The notes below the pieces were generated by a model, which was given only the letters and a program-made list of their open reading frames with translations, did not search any database and had not been told where the DNA came from. The position numbers and the translations under genes are program-made. From Escherichia phage vB_EcoM_AYO145A, in the sequence record KR014248: a stretch of DNA of 64,000 nt. One strand, given 5' to 3'. Of this stretch, positions 1 through 5,280 are shown in pieces (the first letter of the stretch is position 1; each line of letters begins with the position of its first letter).

Positions 1-356
1 TTTGCTGGATAGAAATTTACACTACCATCAACGTAGCTGTACTTATTATTATGGATAAGGTTGGAAAATACCTTAAGGAATGTTTCTGAGTCGTGGCAAA
101 CAAGTTTGAATTGGCTGCTCTCTCCAAGCGCAACTAATGAGTACGGACTTTCACTATCAAAGTCATAATTTGGATTTGATGTTGTAACCGTCACACGCAT
201 TAGGTTATTGGCAATAGTCTTCTGCTTGAAAGAATTTGGAACATAGTGAAGACCTCTATCGCACTGATTAACTAATTCTTTTAATAGGTCATTTGCATAC
301 GGTGAATTAATTGATACAGAGCCATCACTATTGTAATTAAAACTTACTGTTAACAT
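1..356 (-). CDS. hypothetical protein (N-terminal part; gene runs off the window start)
   Basis: Open minus-strand frame from ATG at complement 354-356, preceded by AGGAGAA. Absent from the ORF track because no stop lies in the window. Its start overlaps the stop of the 350..583 gene. Confidence 0.5.
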   Translation of the reverse strand, partial: MLTVSFNYNSDGSVSINSPYANDLLKELVNQCDRGLHYVPNSFKQKTIANNLMRVTVTTSNPNYDFDSESPYSLVALGESSQFKLVCHDSETFLKVFSNLIHNNKYSYVDGSVNFYPA

Positions 357-583
357 TTTTCAGTTCTCCTGCGGTTTATAATTTTGCTGCAATAGAGAAA
401 CGAAGTAAACTCACTGGAAGAAACCACTAAGTGTTGTTCACTAGATTGAGCCATTGCCCTGAAATACATTCCAGTCAAAGCATCATAGTGACTATTCTTT
501 CCAATTGAGGTTATATAGCCATGACTCTTTGCAGTTTGATATAAATCTATAATATCTGCGATTTCTAATTGGGAACTACACAT
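350..583 (-). CDS. hypothetical protein
   Basis: 77-aa ORF with AAGAGGA Shine-Dalgarno upstream of the ATG. It overlaps the next gene's start, which suggests translational coupling. Confidence 0.55.
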   Translation of the reverse strand: MCSSQLEIADIIDLYQTAKSHGYITSIGKNSHYDALTGMYFRAMAQSSEQHLVVSSSEFTSFLYCSKIINRRRTEKC

Positions 584-726
584 AGATAATCCTCTTGTCT
601 TCTGTAATTTTGAAAGAACAGGTACAGACCAATTTCAGAGGACGAATAGTAGATTAATTCTACCCTTTTTGATTCCTTACAGTGATTGGTATTCTTACCT
701 TTCTTCGGTTTATTTGATTTTCTCAT
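565..726 (-). CDS. hypothetical small basic protein
   Basis: Track ORF 565..747 trimmed to the internal ATG preceded by AAGGAGA. Composition is weak. Confidence 0.3.
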   Translation of the reverse strand: MRKSNKPKKGKNTNHCKESKRVELIYYSSSEIGLYLFFQNYRRQEDYLCVVPN

Positions 727-825
727 TAAGTCTCCTTTGTAGAACAAGGCAGACCTACAGCTTTAAGTAAGATGGTACAGTAATCCATACAACAAGTCAA
801 GAACTATTGCAAGTTAAAAAAGTTG

Positions 826-854
826 TTGACAAAGGACTTGACAAGGTGTAGGCT
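826..854 (+). promoter_or_regulatory. sigma70-like early promoter with a tandem TTGACA
   Basis: TTGACA at 826-831, then 17 nt, then TAGGCT at 849-854. A second TTGACA lies at 838-843 inside the conserved CTTGACAAGGTGT. A-rich UP-like tract upstream. Confidence 0.5.
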
Positions 855-975
855 TATAAATACTTAGAAGATAACTTAAAAGGTTCCTCTAAAAAGGCTA
901 TTTAAACAGATATCTTTCTGGATATCTATCTTTTATCTTAAAAGCCTTTTAAGAGGTCTTATAAGAGGCATACCA

Positions 976-1347
976 ATGAAAAACAGAACAAACAAAGGCC
1001 AGTTTAAAAAAGGCCAGTCTGGAAACCCATCTGGAAGACCAAAAGGCTCTCGTAACAAAAGCTCACTCGTAAAAGCTCAACTGACCATTGATAATTCTGC
1101 TGAGTTCGCTGCAAAGCTGTTTGAGGCGATTGTTACAAGGGACGCGGCTAAGCTTGCAGAGTTCGGGTTAAACACAGATGACGTAACCATCAAGAGTATG
1201 ATTGAGGTCGGTAAAACTATCTTTACTCACTCAGCAGGTGAGATGAAAGCACTTGCAGCAGACACTAAGAAGACTCCTGATAATGGTGGTCAACAACAGA
1301 CAGATAACAAACCAACGTTCTCTGCTGTAGCGACTCTCAAAAAATAA
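976..1347 (+). CDS. hypothetical protein with N-terminal GNPxGRPKG motif (DUF5681-like, from memory)
   Basis: 123-aa ORF with AAGAGG RBS. The motif KGQSGNPSGRPKGS recurs in small phage proteins. Confidence 0.6.
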   Translation: MKNRTNKGQFKKGQSGNPSGRPKGSRNKSSLVKAQLTIDNSAEFAAKLFEAIVTRDAAKLAEFGLNTDDVTIKSMIEVGKTIFTHSAGEMKALAADTKKTPDNGGQQQTDNKPTFSAVATLKK

Positions 1348-1359
1348 TTTTAAAAGGTG

Positions 1360-1389
1360 TTGACAGACTCTACAAAGTTGCTCTAAAGT
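1360..1389 (+). promoter_or_regulatory. sigma70-like promoter upstream of the Ro60-like gene
   Basis: TTGACA at 1360-1365, an 18-nt spacer, TAAAGT at 1384-1389. Preceded by TTTTAAAAGG. Confidence 0.55.
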
Positions 1390-1428
1390 CTGTCACATCA
1401 AACAACAAATGAGAGAAGAGAGTAAAAT

Positions 1429-2844
1429 ATGAGCGAATTATTTAAACATGCGCACCTTCATGCAGGTCGAACTGAAAATGGTGCTGTAAACCATACTTCA
1501 TCAATGTCTGCTCTTGTAGACTTTTACAAAGCTGCTGGTTCTAGCCGTAGCAATGTAGGAATCTTACCAGACCTGTTCTACAAAGCTTTGCGTGAGGATG
1601 TTGATGTTGCAGTTCGTATTTTGCTTCATATGCGAGATGTACGAGAAGGTATGGGTGAGCGTAAAGCTTTCCGAACTGTTTTACTTCAAGCGATTGAAGA
1701 TAAAGTTTTAGAGCCTACGCAGGTTCTTCGCATTATGGATAAGATTGCAGAGCTTGGTCGTTTTGATGACTTCAAAATCTTCGTGGGTACTCGTTTCGAG
1801 ACAGATGCCTTCAAACATTTAGAAGCAGCATTACTAGACCCTGCAACAGCAGGTTTGGCAGCTAAGTGGTTACCACGAGTCAAACCACGTCATAAGCAGT
1901 TTGTAAAACGTTTCTGCAAGTTTGCAAACTTGAGTGAGAAAGAGTACCGCACACTGTTGTCTGCACTATCTGATACAGTTGAACAAAAAATCTCTGCTAA
2001 TGAGTTTGGTAAGATTGACTACAGTAAGATTCCTTCACTTGCTGCTGCACGTTACCAAAAACTCTTTAACCGTAAAGATGGAGAACGCTACAAAGCTTAC
2101 ATCGAGTCACTCTCAAAAGGTGAGGCCAAGATTAACGCTGGTGCTGTTTACCCATACGATGTGATTAAATCTATCAAGTATGGTAATGCAGATGTTGCTA
2201 ATGAGCAGTGGAAAGCACTACCAAACTGGATGGTAGAAGGTGAAAACATCCTGTGTATGACTGATGTTTCAAGCTCAATGTCTTGGGTGAATCTTGGTTC
2301 AATCACTGCCCTTGATATTGGTGTATCCCTTGCCTTGTATGTAGCAGAACGCAATACAGGTTGTTTTAAGAATGAGTTAATGGTTTATTCAACAAACCCT
2401 CATTTCATCGAATTGAGTGGTGATTTACGAAACCGTCATCGTCAGATAATGCGTCATGTTGAATATGGCTCAACTAACTTACAAGCAGCTTTTGACCGTA
2501 TTCTTGAAATAGGCAAGAGAAACAACTTGACTCAGAAAGATATGCCAAGTAAGCTTATTATCTTCTCTGATATGGAGTTCAATCAGGTTGATGGAGCTAA
2601 CGGTCGTACAAACTTTGAAGCAATTCAGAGTAAGTACAAAAAAGCTGGATATGAGATGCCACAACTGGTATTCTGGTACTTAGCAAACCGTAATGGTACT
2701 TGCGAAGTATCTGTTAAGGATAATGGTGTAGCAATGGTATCAGGGTTCTCTCCAGCCACTTTAAAAGCTCTGCTTGGTGGTGAGAAGTTTGACCCAATCA
2801 GCGTAATGCTCAAAGCAGTAATGATTGACCGTTATATCTGGTAA
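1429..2844 (+). CDS. Ro60-like protein: TROVE/DUF2828-like N-terminal region plus C-terminal vWA domain with MIDAS motif
   Basis: 471 aa. MIDAS DxSxS is present (CMTDVSSSM). The blocks DVSSSM, GSTN, IIFSDME, KYKKAGYEMPQLVFW and MVSGFSP occur in the same order as the Ro60 vWA blocks DVSASM, GGTD, IVFTDNE, YRKKMDIPAKLIV and DMCGFD. The N-terminal TENGAV...LVDFY resembles the DUF2828 signature. Confidence 0.65.
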   Translation: MSELFKHAHLHAGRTENGAVNHTSSMSALVDFYKAAGSSRSNVGILPDLFYKALREDVDVAVRILLHMRDVREGMGERKAFRTVLLQAIEDKVLEPTQVLRIMDKIAELGRFDDFKIFVGTRFETDAFKHLEAALLDPATAGLAAKWLPRVKPRHKQFVKRFCKFANLSEKEYRTLLSALSDTVEQKISANEFGKIDYSKIPSLAAARYQKLFNRKDGERYKAYIESLSKGEAKINAGAVYPYDVIKSIKYGNADVANEQWKALPNWMVEGENILCMTDVSSSMSWVNLGSITALDIGVSLALYVAERNTGCFKNELMVYSTNPHFIELSGDLRNRHRQIMRHVEYGSTNLQAAFDRILEIGKRNNLTQKDMPSKLIIFSDMEFNQVDGANGRTNFEAIQSKYKKAGYEMPQLVFWYLANRNGTCEVSVKDNGVAMVSGFSPATLKALLGGEKFDPISVMLKAVMIDRYIW

Positions 2845-2862
2845 AAAGTTTTAAAAAGGGTA

Positions 2863-2891
2863 TTGACAATGTGTTTGATACCCTTTAATAT
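2863..2891 (+). promoter_or_regulatory. sigma70-like promoter, first of two ahead of the tRNA array
   Basis: TTGACA at 2863-2868, a 17-nt spacer, TAATAT at 2886-2891. Preceded by TTTTAAAAAGGG. Confidence 0.65.
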
Positions 2892-2953
2892 GTTCTACAT
2901 AGAAACAAAATGAGAGCTTTTCTAAGATACTGAAAAATATTTTAAAAAAGTTC

Positions 2954-2983
2954 TTGACAACCACTAAAAAATAATGTTAAAGT
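2954..2983 (+). promoter_or_regulatory. sigma70-like promoter, second ahead of the tRNA array
   Basis: TTGACA at 2954-2959, an 18-nt spacer, TAAAGT at 2978-2983. tRNA-Pro starts at 3010. Confidence 0.6.
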
Positions 2984-3009
2984 GGTTACATAGAGTTTGA
3001 AAAGTTTAT

Positions 3010-3086
3010 CTCTGTTTAGCTCAGCTTGGTAGAGCGTTCCGTTTGGGGCGGTAAGGCCGGAGGTTCAAGTCCTCCAACAGAGACCA
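3010..3086 (+). tRNA. tRNA-Pro (anticodon TGG)
   Basis: Cloverleaf folded by eye. Acceptor CTCTGTT/AACAGAG, D-stem GCTC/GAGC, anticodon loop TTTGGGG, T-arm GGAGGTTCAAGTCCTCC. CCA is encoded. Confidence 0.9.
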
Positions 3087-3093
3087 AATTAAT

Positions 3094-3171
3094 GTTCCAG
3101 TAGACAAAATGGTAAAGTCACCACTCTTTCAAAGTGGATATTTGAGGGTTCAAATCCCTTCTGGAACGCCA
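3094..3171 (+). tRNA. tRNA-Glu (TTC)
   Basis: Acceptor GTTCCAG/CTGGAAC, anticodon stem-loop CCACT-CTTTCAA-AGTGG, T-loop TTCAAAT. CCA is encoded. Confidence 0.88.
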
Positions 3172-3178
3172 GTTTTGA

Positions 3179-3251
3179 CAGAAGACCAATTACAGCAAAC
3201 TTAATCTTATTCATCTGACACGAAATCGGACAAAGAAGAGATTTGGTCTGG
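3179..3251 (+). ncRNA. Y-RNA-like small RNA YL1 (conserved-clamp family, no tRNA module)
   Basis: 5' CAGAAGACC (3179-3187) and 3' GGTCTGG (3245-3251). Helix AGACCAA/TTGGTCT, with the conserved 5' extension TTACAGCAAA. Lies between tRNA-Glu and tRNA(CAT), 7-11 nt from each. Confidence 0.55.
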
Positions 3252-3262
3252 TCATTAAGAAT

Positions 3263-3339
3263 TGCGGGTATAGAGAAAGGGCGTCTCACATGTCTCATTA
3301 GCATGGTATCGGCAGGTTCGACTCCTGCACCCGCCTCCA
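3263..3339 (+). tRNA. tRNA with CAT anticodon (Met or Ile2); acceptor register uncertain
   Basis: D-stem GAGA/TCTC, anticodon stem-loop CATGT-CTCATTA-GCATG, T-arm GCAGGTTCGACTCCTGC, 3' ACCCGCC-T-CCA. The best acceptor pairing leaves a 1:72 T-C mismatch. Confidence 0.75.
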
Positions 3340-3345
3340 ATTTTG

Positions 3346-3405
3346 CAGAAGACCGTATGCAGCAATAAACTACTTTTTGCGGATAAAAGAAAAAACACGG
3401 TCTGG
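3346..3405 (+). ncRNA. Y-RNA-like small RNA YL2
   Basis: 5' CAGAAGACC (3346-3354) and 3' GGTCTGG (3399-3405). Helix AGACCGT/ACGGTCT covaries relative to YL1. Motif TGCAGCAA. Lies between tRNA(CAT) and tRNA-Asn. Confidence 0.55.
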
Positions 3406-3416
3406 CAATGTATTAA

Positions 3417-3493
3417 GGTTAGGAAGCACATAAGGTATGTGCGGTCGCCTGTTAAGCGAATGGCACAGGGTTCGAATCCCTGACTAACCGCCA
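3417..3493 (+). tRNA. tRNA-Asn (GTT)
   Basis: Acceptor GGTTAGG/ACTAACC (7:66 mismatch), D-stem GCAC/GTGC, anticodon loop CTGTTAA, T-arm CAGGGTTCGAATCCCTG. CCA is encoded. Confidence 0.85.
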
Positions 3494-3502
3494 AATTTAA
3501 AT

Positions 3503-3590
3503 GTGTCGTTATCCCGTAGATGGTAGCGGTGGGGACTGTAAATCCCTTGTCATTGAGACTCGGTAGGTTCGACTCCTACACGGCACACCA
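3503..3590 (+). tRNA. tRNA-Tyr (GTA), type II
   Basis: Acceptor GTGTCGT/ACGGCAC, anticodon stem-loop GGGGA-CTGTAAA-TCCCT, long variable arm, T-arm GTAGGTTCGACTCCTAC. CCA is encoded. Confidence 0.88.
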
Positions 3591-3596
3591 AATAAA

Positions 3597-3674
3597 GGTT
3601 ATGTAGTTTAATCTGGTTAAAATACTCCCCTGTCACGGGAGATGATGAGGGTTCAAATCCCTTCGTAACCGCCA
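3597..3674 (+). tRNA. tRNA-Asp (GTC)
   Basis: Acceptor GGTTATG/CGTAACC, anticodon stem-loop CTCCC-CTGTCAC-GGGAG, T-arm GAGGGTTCAAATCCCTT. CCA is encoded. Confidence 0.88.
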
Positions 3675-3728
3675 AATTATAATAAGTATTCCAAGATGAT
3701 GTTTTGAGAGGGCTATTTAGCCCCTCCC

Positions 3729-3756
3729 TTAAAGAGTTCTTACGAGTATTCTTTAA
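3729..3756 (+). repeat. conserved-loop hairpin H1 (family of 3-4 in the tRNA array)
   Basis: Stem TTAAAGA/TCTTTAA, loop GTTCTTACGAGTAT. Ends 5 nt before YL3. Confidence 0.6.
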
Positions 3757-3761
3757 AGGAG

Positions 3762-3838
3762 CAGAAGACCAAATTCAGCAAGTACGTATGATATTTTCAA
3801 GCCAATTTAATTTTGAAAAAATTTAAAACTTGGTCTGG
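3762..3838 (+). ncRNA. Y-RNA-like small RNA YL3
   Basis: 5' CAGAAGACC (3762-3770) and 3' GGTCTGG (3832-3838). Helix AGACCAA/TTGGTCT, motif TTCAGCAA, internal hairpin TTTTCAA/TTGAAAA. Confidence 0.55.
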
Positions 3839-3851
3839 CTCAACAAATTTA

Positions 3852-3983
3852 CAGAAGACCGTTTACAGCAAAACTTAAACAATCTATTTCTCCGGTAAAG
3901 AAAAGGCGAAGGTTCGATTCCTTCACTCGGCAGATGTCGAGTTGGTGTAATGGTAGCACTTAAGATGATAAACAACGGTCTGG
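3852..3983 (+). ncRNA. Y-RNA-like small RNA YL4 with a circularly permuted tRNA-like module (YrlA-like architecture)
   Basis: Clamp CAGAAGACC (3852-3860) and GGTCTGG (3977-3983). Helix AGACCGTT/AACGGTCT, then CTTAA (3874-78)/TTAAG (3960-64). T-arm GAAGG-TTCGATT-CCTTC (3908-24). Acceptor 3' strand ACTCGGC (3925-31), 4-nt AGAT link, acceptor 5' strand GTCGAGT (3936-42). D-arm GTGT-AATGGTA-GCAC (3945-59). Confidence 0.65.
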
Positions 3984-3984
3984 T

Positions 3985-4128
3985 AATTATCTTTGTAGAT
4001 AAGTTATTAAGCTTACCTGTGAGTATGCGACCACAAAGGGTGAAAGGGTAAATTCTAGATTTAAACCCAACAAGGCACATCGCTACAGACCTTAAGCAAG
4101 TCTGGGTAGCTTATCTACAAAGATAATT
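3985..4128 (+). ncRNA. structured element closed by a 19-bp perfect stem
   Basis: AATTATCTTTGTAGATAAG (3985-4003) pairs perfectly with CTTATCTACAAAGATAATT (4110-4128). The interior contains hairpin GCTACAGAC-CTTAAGCAA-GTCTGGGTAGC, which echoes the YL clamp. Confidence 0.45.
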
Positions 4129-4133
4129 TTAAT

Positions 4134-4209
4134 GGAAGTGTAGCAGAATGGTGATGCGGCAGACTTTTAATCTGACAGGCGATGGGTTCGAATCCCTCCA
4201 CTTCTACCA
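4134..4209 (+). tRNA. tRNA-Lys (TTT)
   Basis: Acceptor GGAAGTG/CACTTCT, anticodon loop CTTTTAA, T-loop TTCGAAT with an irregular T-stem (GATGGG/CCCTCC). CCA is encoded. Confidence 0.8.
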
Positions 4210-4213
4210 ATAT

Positions 4214-4290
4214 GGTTCAGTCGCAGATAAGGTAATGCAGGGGTCTCATAAGCCCTATGAATGTGGGTTCGATTCCCATCTGAACCTCCA
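4214..4290 (+). tRNA. tRNA with CAT anticodon (Met or Ile2)
   Basis: Acceptor GGTTCAG/CTGAACC, anticodon stem-loop GGGGT-CTCATAA-GCCCT, T-arm GTGGGTTCGATTCCCAT. CCA is encoded. Confidence 0.85.
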
Positions 4291-4291
4291 A

Positions 4292-4367
4292 GCTGGTATA
4301 GTTAAGAAGGTTATAACACTCCCCTGATAAGGGAACATCGGTGGTTCGATTCCACCTACCAGTACCA
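4292..4367 (+). tRNA. tRNA-Ile (GAT)
   Basis: Acceptor GCTGGTA/TACCAGT, anticodon loop CTGATAA, T-arm GGTGGTTCGATTCCACC. CCA is encoded. Confidence 0.88.
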
Positions 4368-4382
4368 ATTTCAATAAAGTTG

Positions 4383-4411
4383 TTGACATTGAGATGTGAC
4401 TACTTTATAGT
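4383..4411 (+). promoter_or_regulatory. consensus-like internal promoter within the tRNA array
   Basis: TTGACA at 4383-4388, a 17-nt spacer, TATAGT at 4406-4411. Confidence 0.7.
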
Positions 4412-4577
4412 AACCTTAGTTTTCGTTGCGTAGCGTCTATTTTGCAAATTTAAAATAAATGCAAACGACAATGTTTTTCTGGCAGTAGCTTGATAGGCTA
4501 AACACCAGTGAGGTCTTCCAATCCCTCATCAAAGAATTTGGCGTACTCGCCCACGGTATGATTAATAAGGTGGGCAT

Positions 4578-4608
4578 CTTTAAGGGCTTTCTAAGAGAGT
4601 CTTTAAAG
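4578..4608 (+). repeat. conserved-loop hairpin H2
   Basis: Stem CTTTAAGGG/TCTTTAAAG (with G-T wobbles), loop CTTTCTAAGAGAG. Ends 7 nt before the atypical tRNA(TCT). Confidence 0.55.
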
Positions 4609-4615
4609 ATAATTA

Positions 4616-4697
4616 CGGGGCGTATCTCAGCGGTCTTCTAAACCGCCGTTAACCGAGTAAGTGGAGTATGCGGGTTCGAGTCCTGCCGCCTCGACCA
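4616..4697 (+). tRNA. atypical tRNA-like gene, anticodon TCT (Arg), no recognisable D-arm
   Basis: Acceptor CGGGGCG/CGCCTCG, perfect anticodon stem-loop GCGGT-CTTCTAA-ACCGC, T-arm GCGGGTTCGAGTCCTGC. CCA is encoded. Only 7 nt lie between the acceptor and anticodon stems, and the variable region is 23 nt. Confidence 0.5.
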
Positions 4698-4839
4698 AAT
4701 AGTTAGCAGATTACTTAGACGGTCTTAGCGGGTCTTCCTGTAGGGAGGTGGTCTGTATCTCATGTTTTCCAGAACATGTAAATAATCTGAGAAGGGGCTT
4801 TACAGTGTTGAGATAATACGGTAAGCTTCGAATTATAGT

Positions 4840-4922
4840 GTGGGACGATGTTAAGACTCTAAGGCATGAGCAACGGCTTCCAACACCGTTTCAAAGGGGT
4901 TCAACTCCTCCGTCCCATGCCA
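4840..4922 (+). tRNA. atypical tRNA-like gene, best read as tRNA-Trp (CCA)
   Basis: Acceptor GTGGGAC/GTCCCAT, discriminator G, CCA, T-loop TTCAACT. The anticodon region reads either ACGGC-TTCCAAC-ACCGT (CCA, C31-A39 mismatch) or AACGG plus a 9-nt loop. The D region is oversized. Trp is otherwise the only amino acid missing from the array. Confidence 0.5.
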
Positions 4923-4935
4923 AAGTCTTATTAGG

Positions 4936-5023
4936 GGTAGGTAGCGGCTAATGGTAGCCAAACTGTCTTGAAAACAGTTGCCACTGTAGAGATACGGTGA
5001 GGGTTCGACTCCTTTACTTACCG
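4936..5023 (+). tRNA. tRNA-Ser (TGA), type II
   Basis: Acceptor GGTAGGT/ACTTACC, anticodon stem-loop ACTGT-CTTGAAA-ACAGT, long variable arm, T-loop TTCGACT. CCA is not encoded (the sequence is GCCT). Confidence 0.85.
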
Positions 5024-5280
5024 CCTAATAAGATTTAAAGCCAAGCTTCATTCGGATGTTGCTTTGGTATACCGCGTGTATTGTTGTACGCACTGATAAA
5101 GCACCTAGTAGGTGTCACGGAGAAGAGATAATATCAAGCTCTCCAAAGGTTCTAGTCACCGGATTAAACAAGACTATGCAAAGACCTTTTTAGGTCTTTT
5201 TAGAGGGCTTCTAAGGTTATTACAGCTTGTTGTGGAACCTTGTTGCTTAGGTTCTTAGAAGTTCTCTAAAAAGACTTAAT

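Noticed and set aside
855-862. TATAAATA, an exact match to the T4 late-promoter consensus.
   Set aside because: It was noted only once, in an early-type leader and overlapping sigma70-like elements. No gp55/gp33-like factor is visible in the window.
3245-3251. Resemblance of GGTCTGG to the conserved GGUCCGA of the eukaryotic Y RNA Ro-binding helix.
   Set aside because: In canonical Y RNAs that sequence is on the 5' strand, whereas here it is on the 3' strand. The match is short. I do not use it as evidence, and the argument rests on architecture and gene neighbourhood.
3852-3983. Reading YL4 as a circularly permuted, functional tRNA gene of the kind found in some algae and archaea.
   Set aside because: There is no anticodon loop. 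The two strands that would form the anticodon stem continue into an internal loop and the conserved clamp helix shared with three non-tRNA paralogues. A Y-RNA-like mimic explains all parts, and a split tRNA does not.
3089-4080. Track ORFs inside the tRNA array (3089..3340, 3255..3494, 3823..4080 on the minus strand; 7601..7876, 7844..8071).
   Set aside because: They run across tRNA and YL RNA genes and have no RBS. Their sequences are simply translations of tRNA stems.
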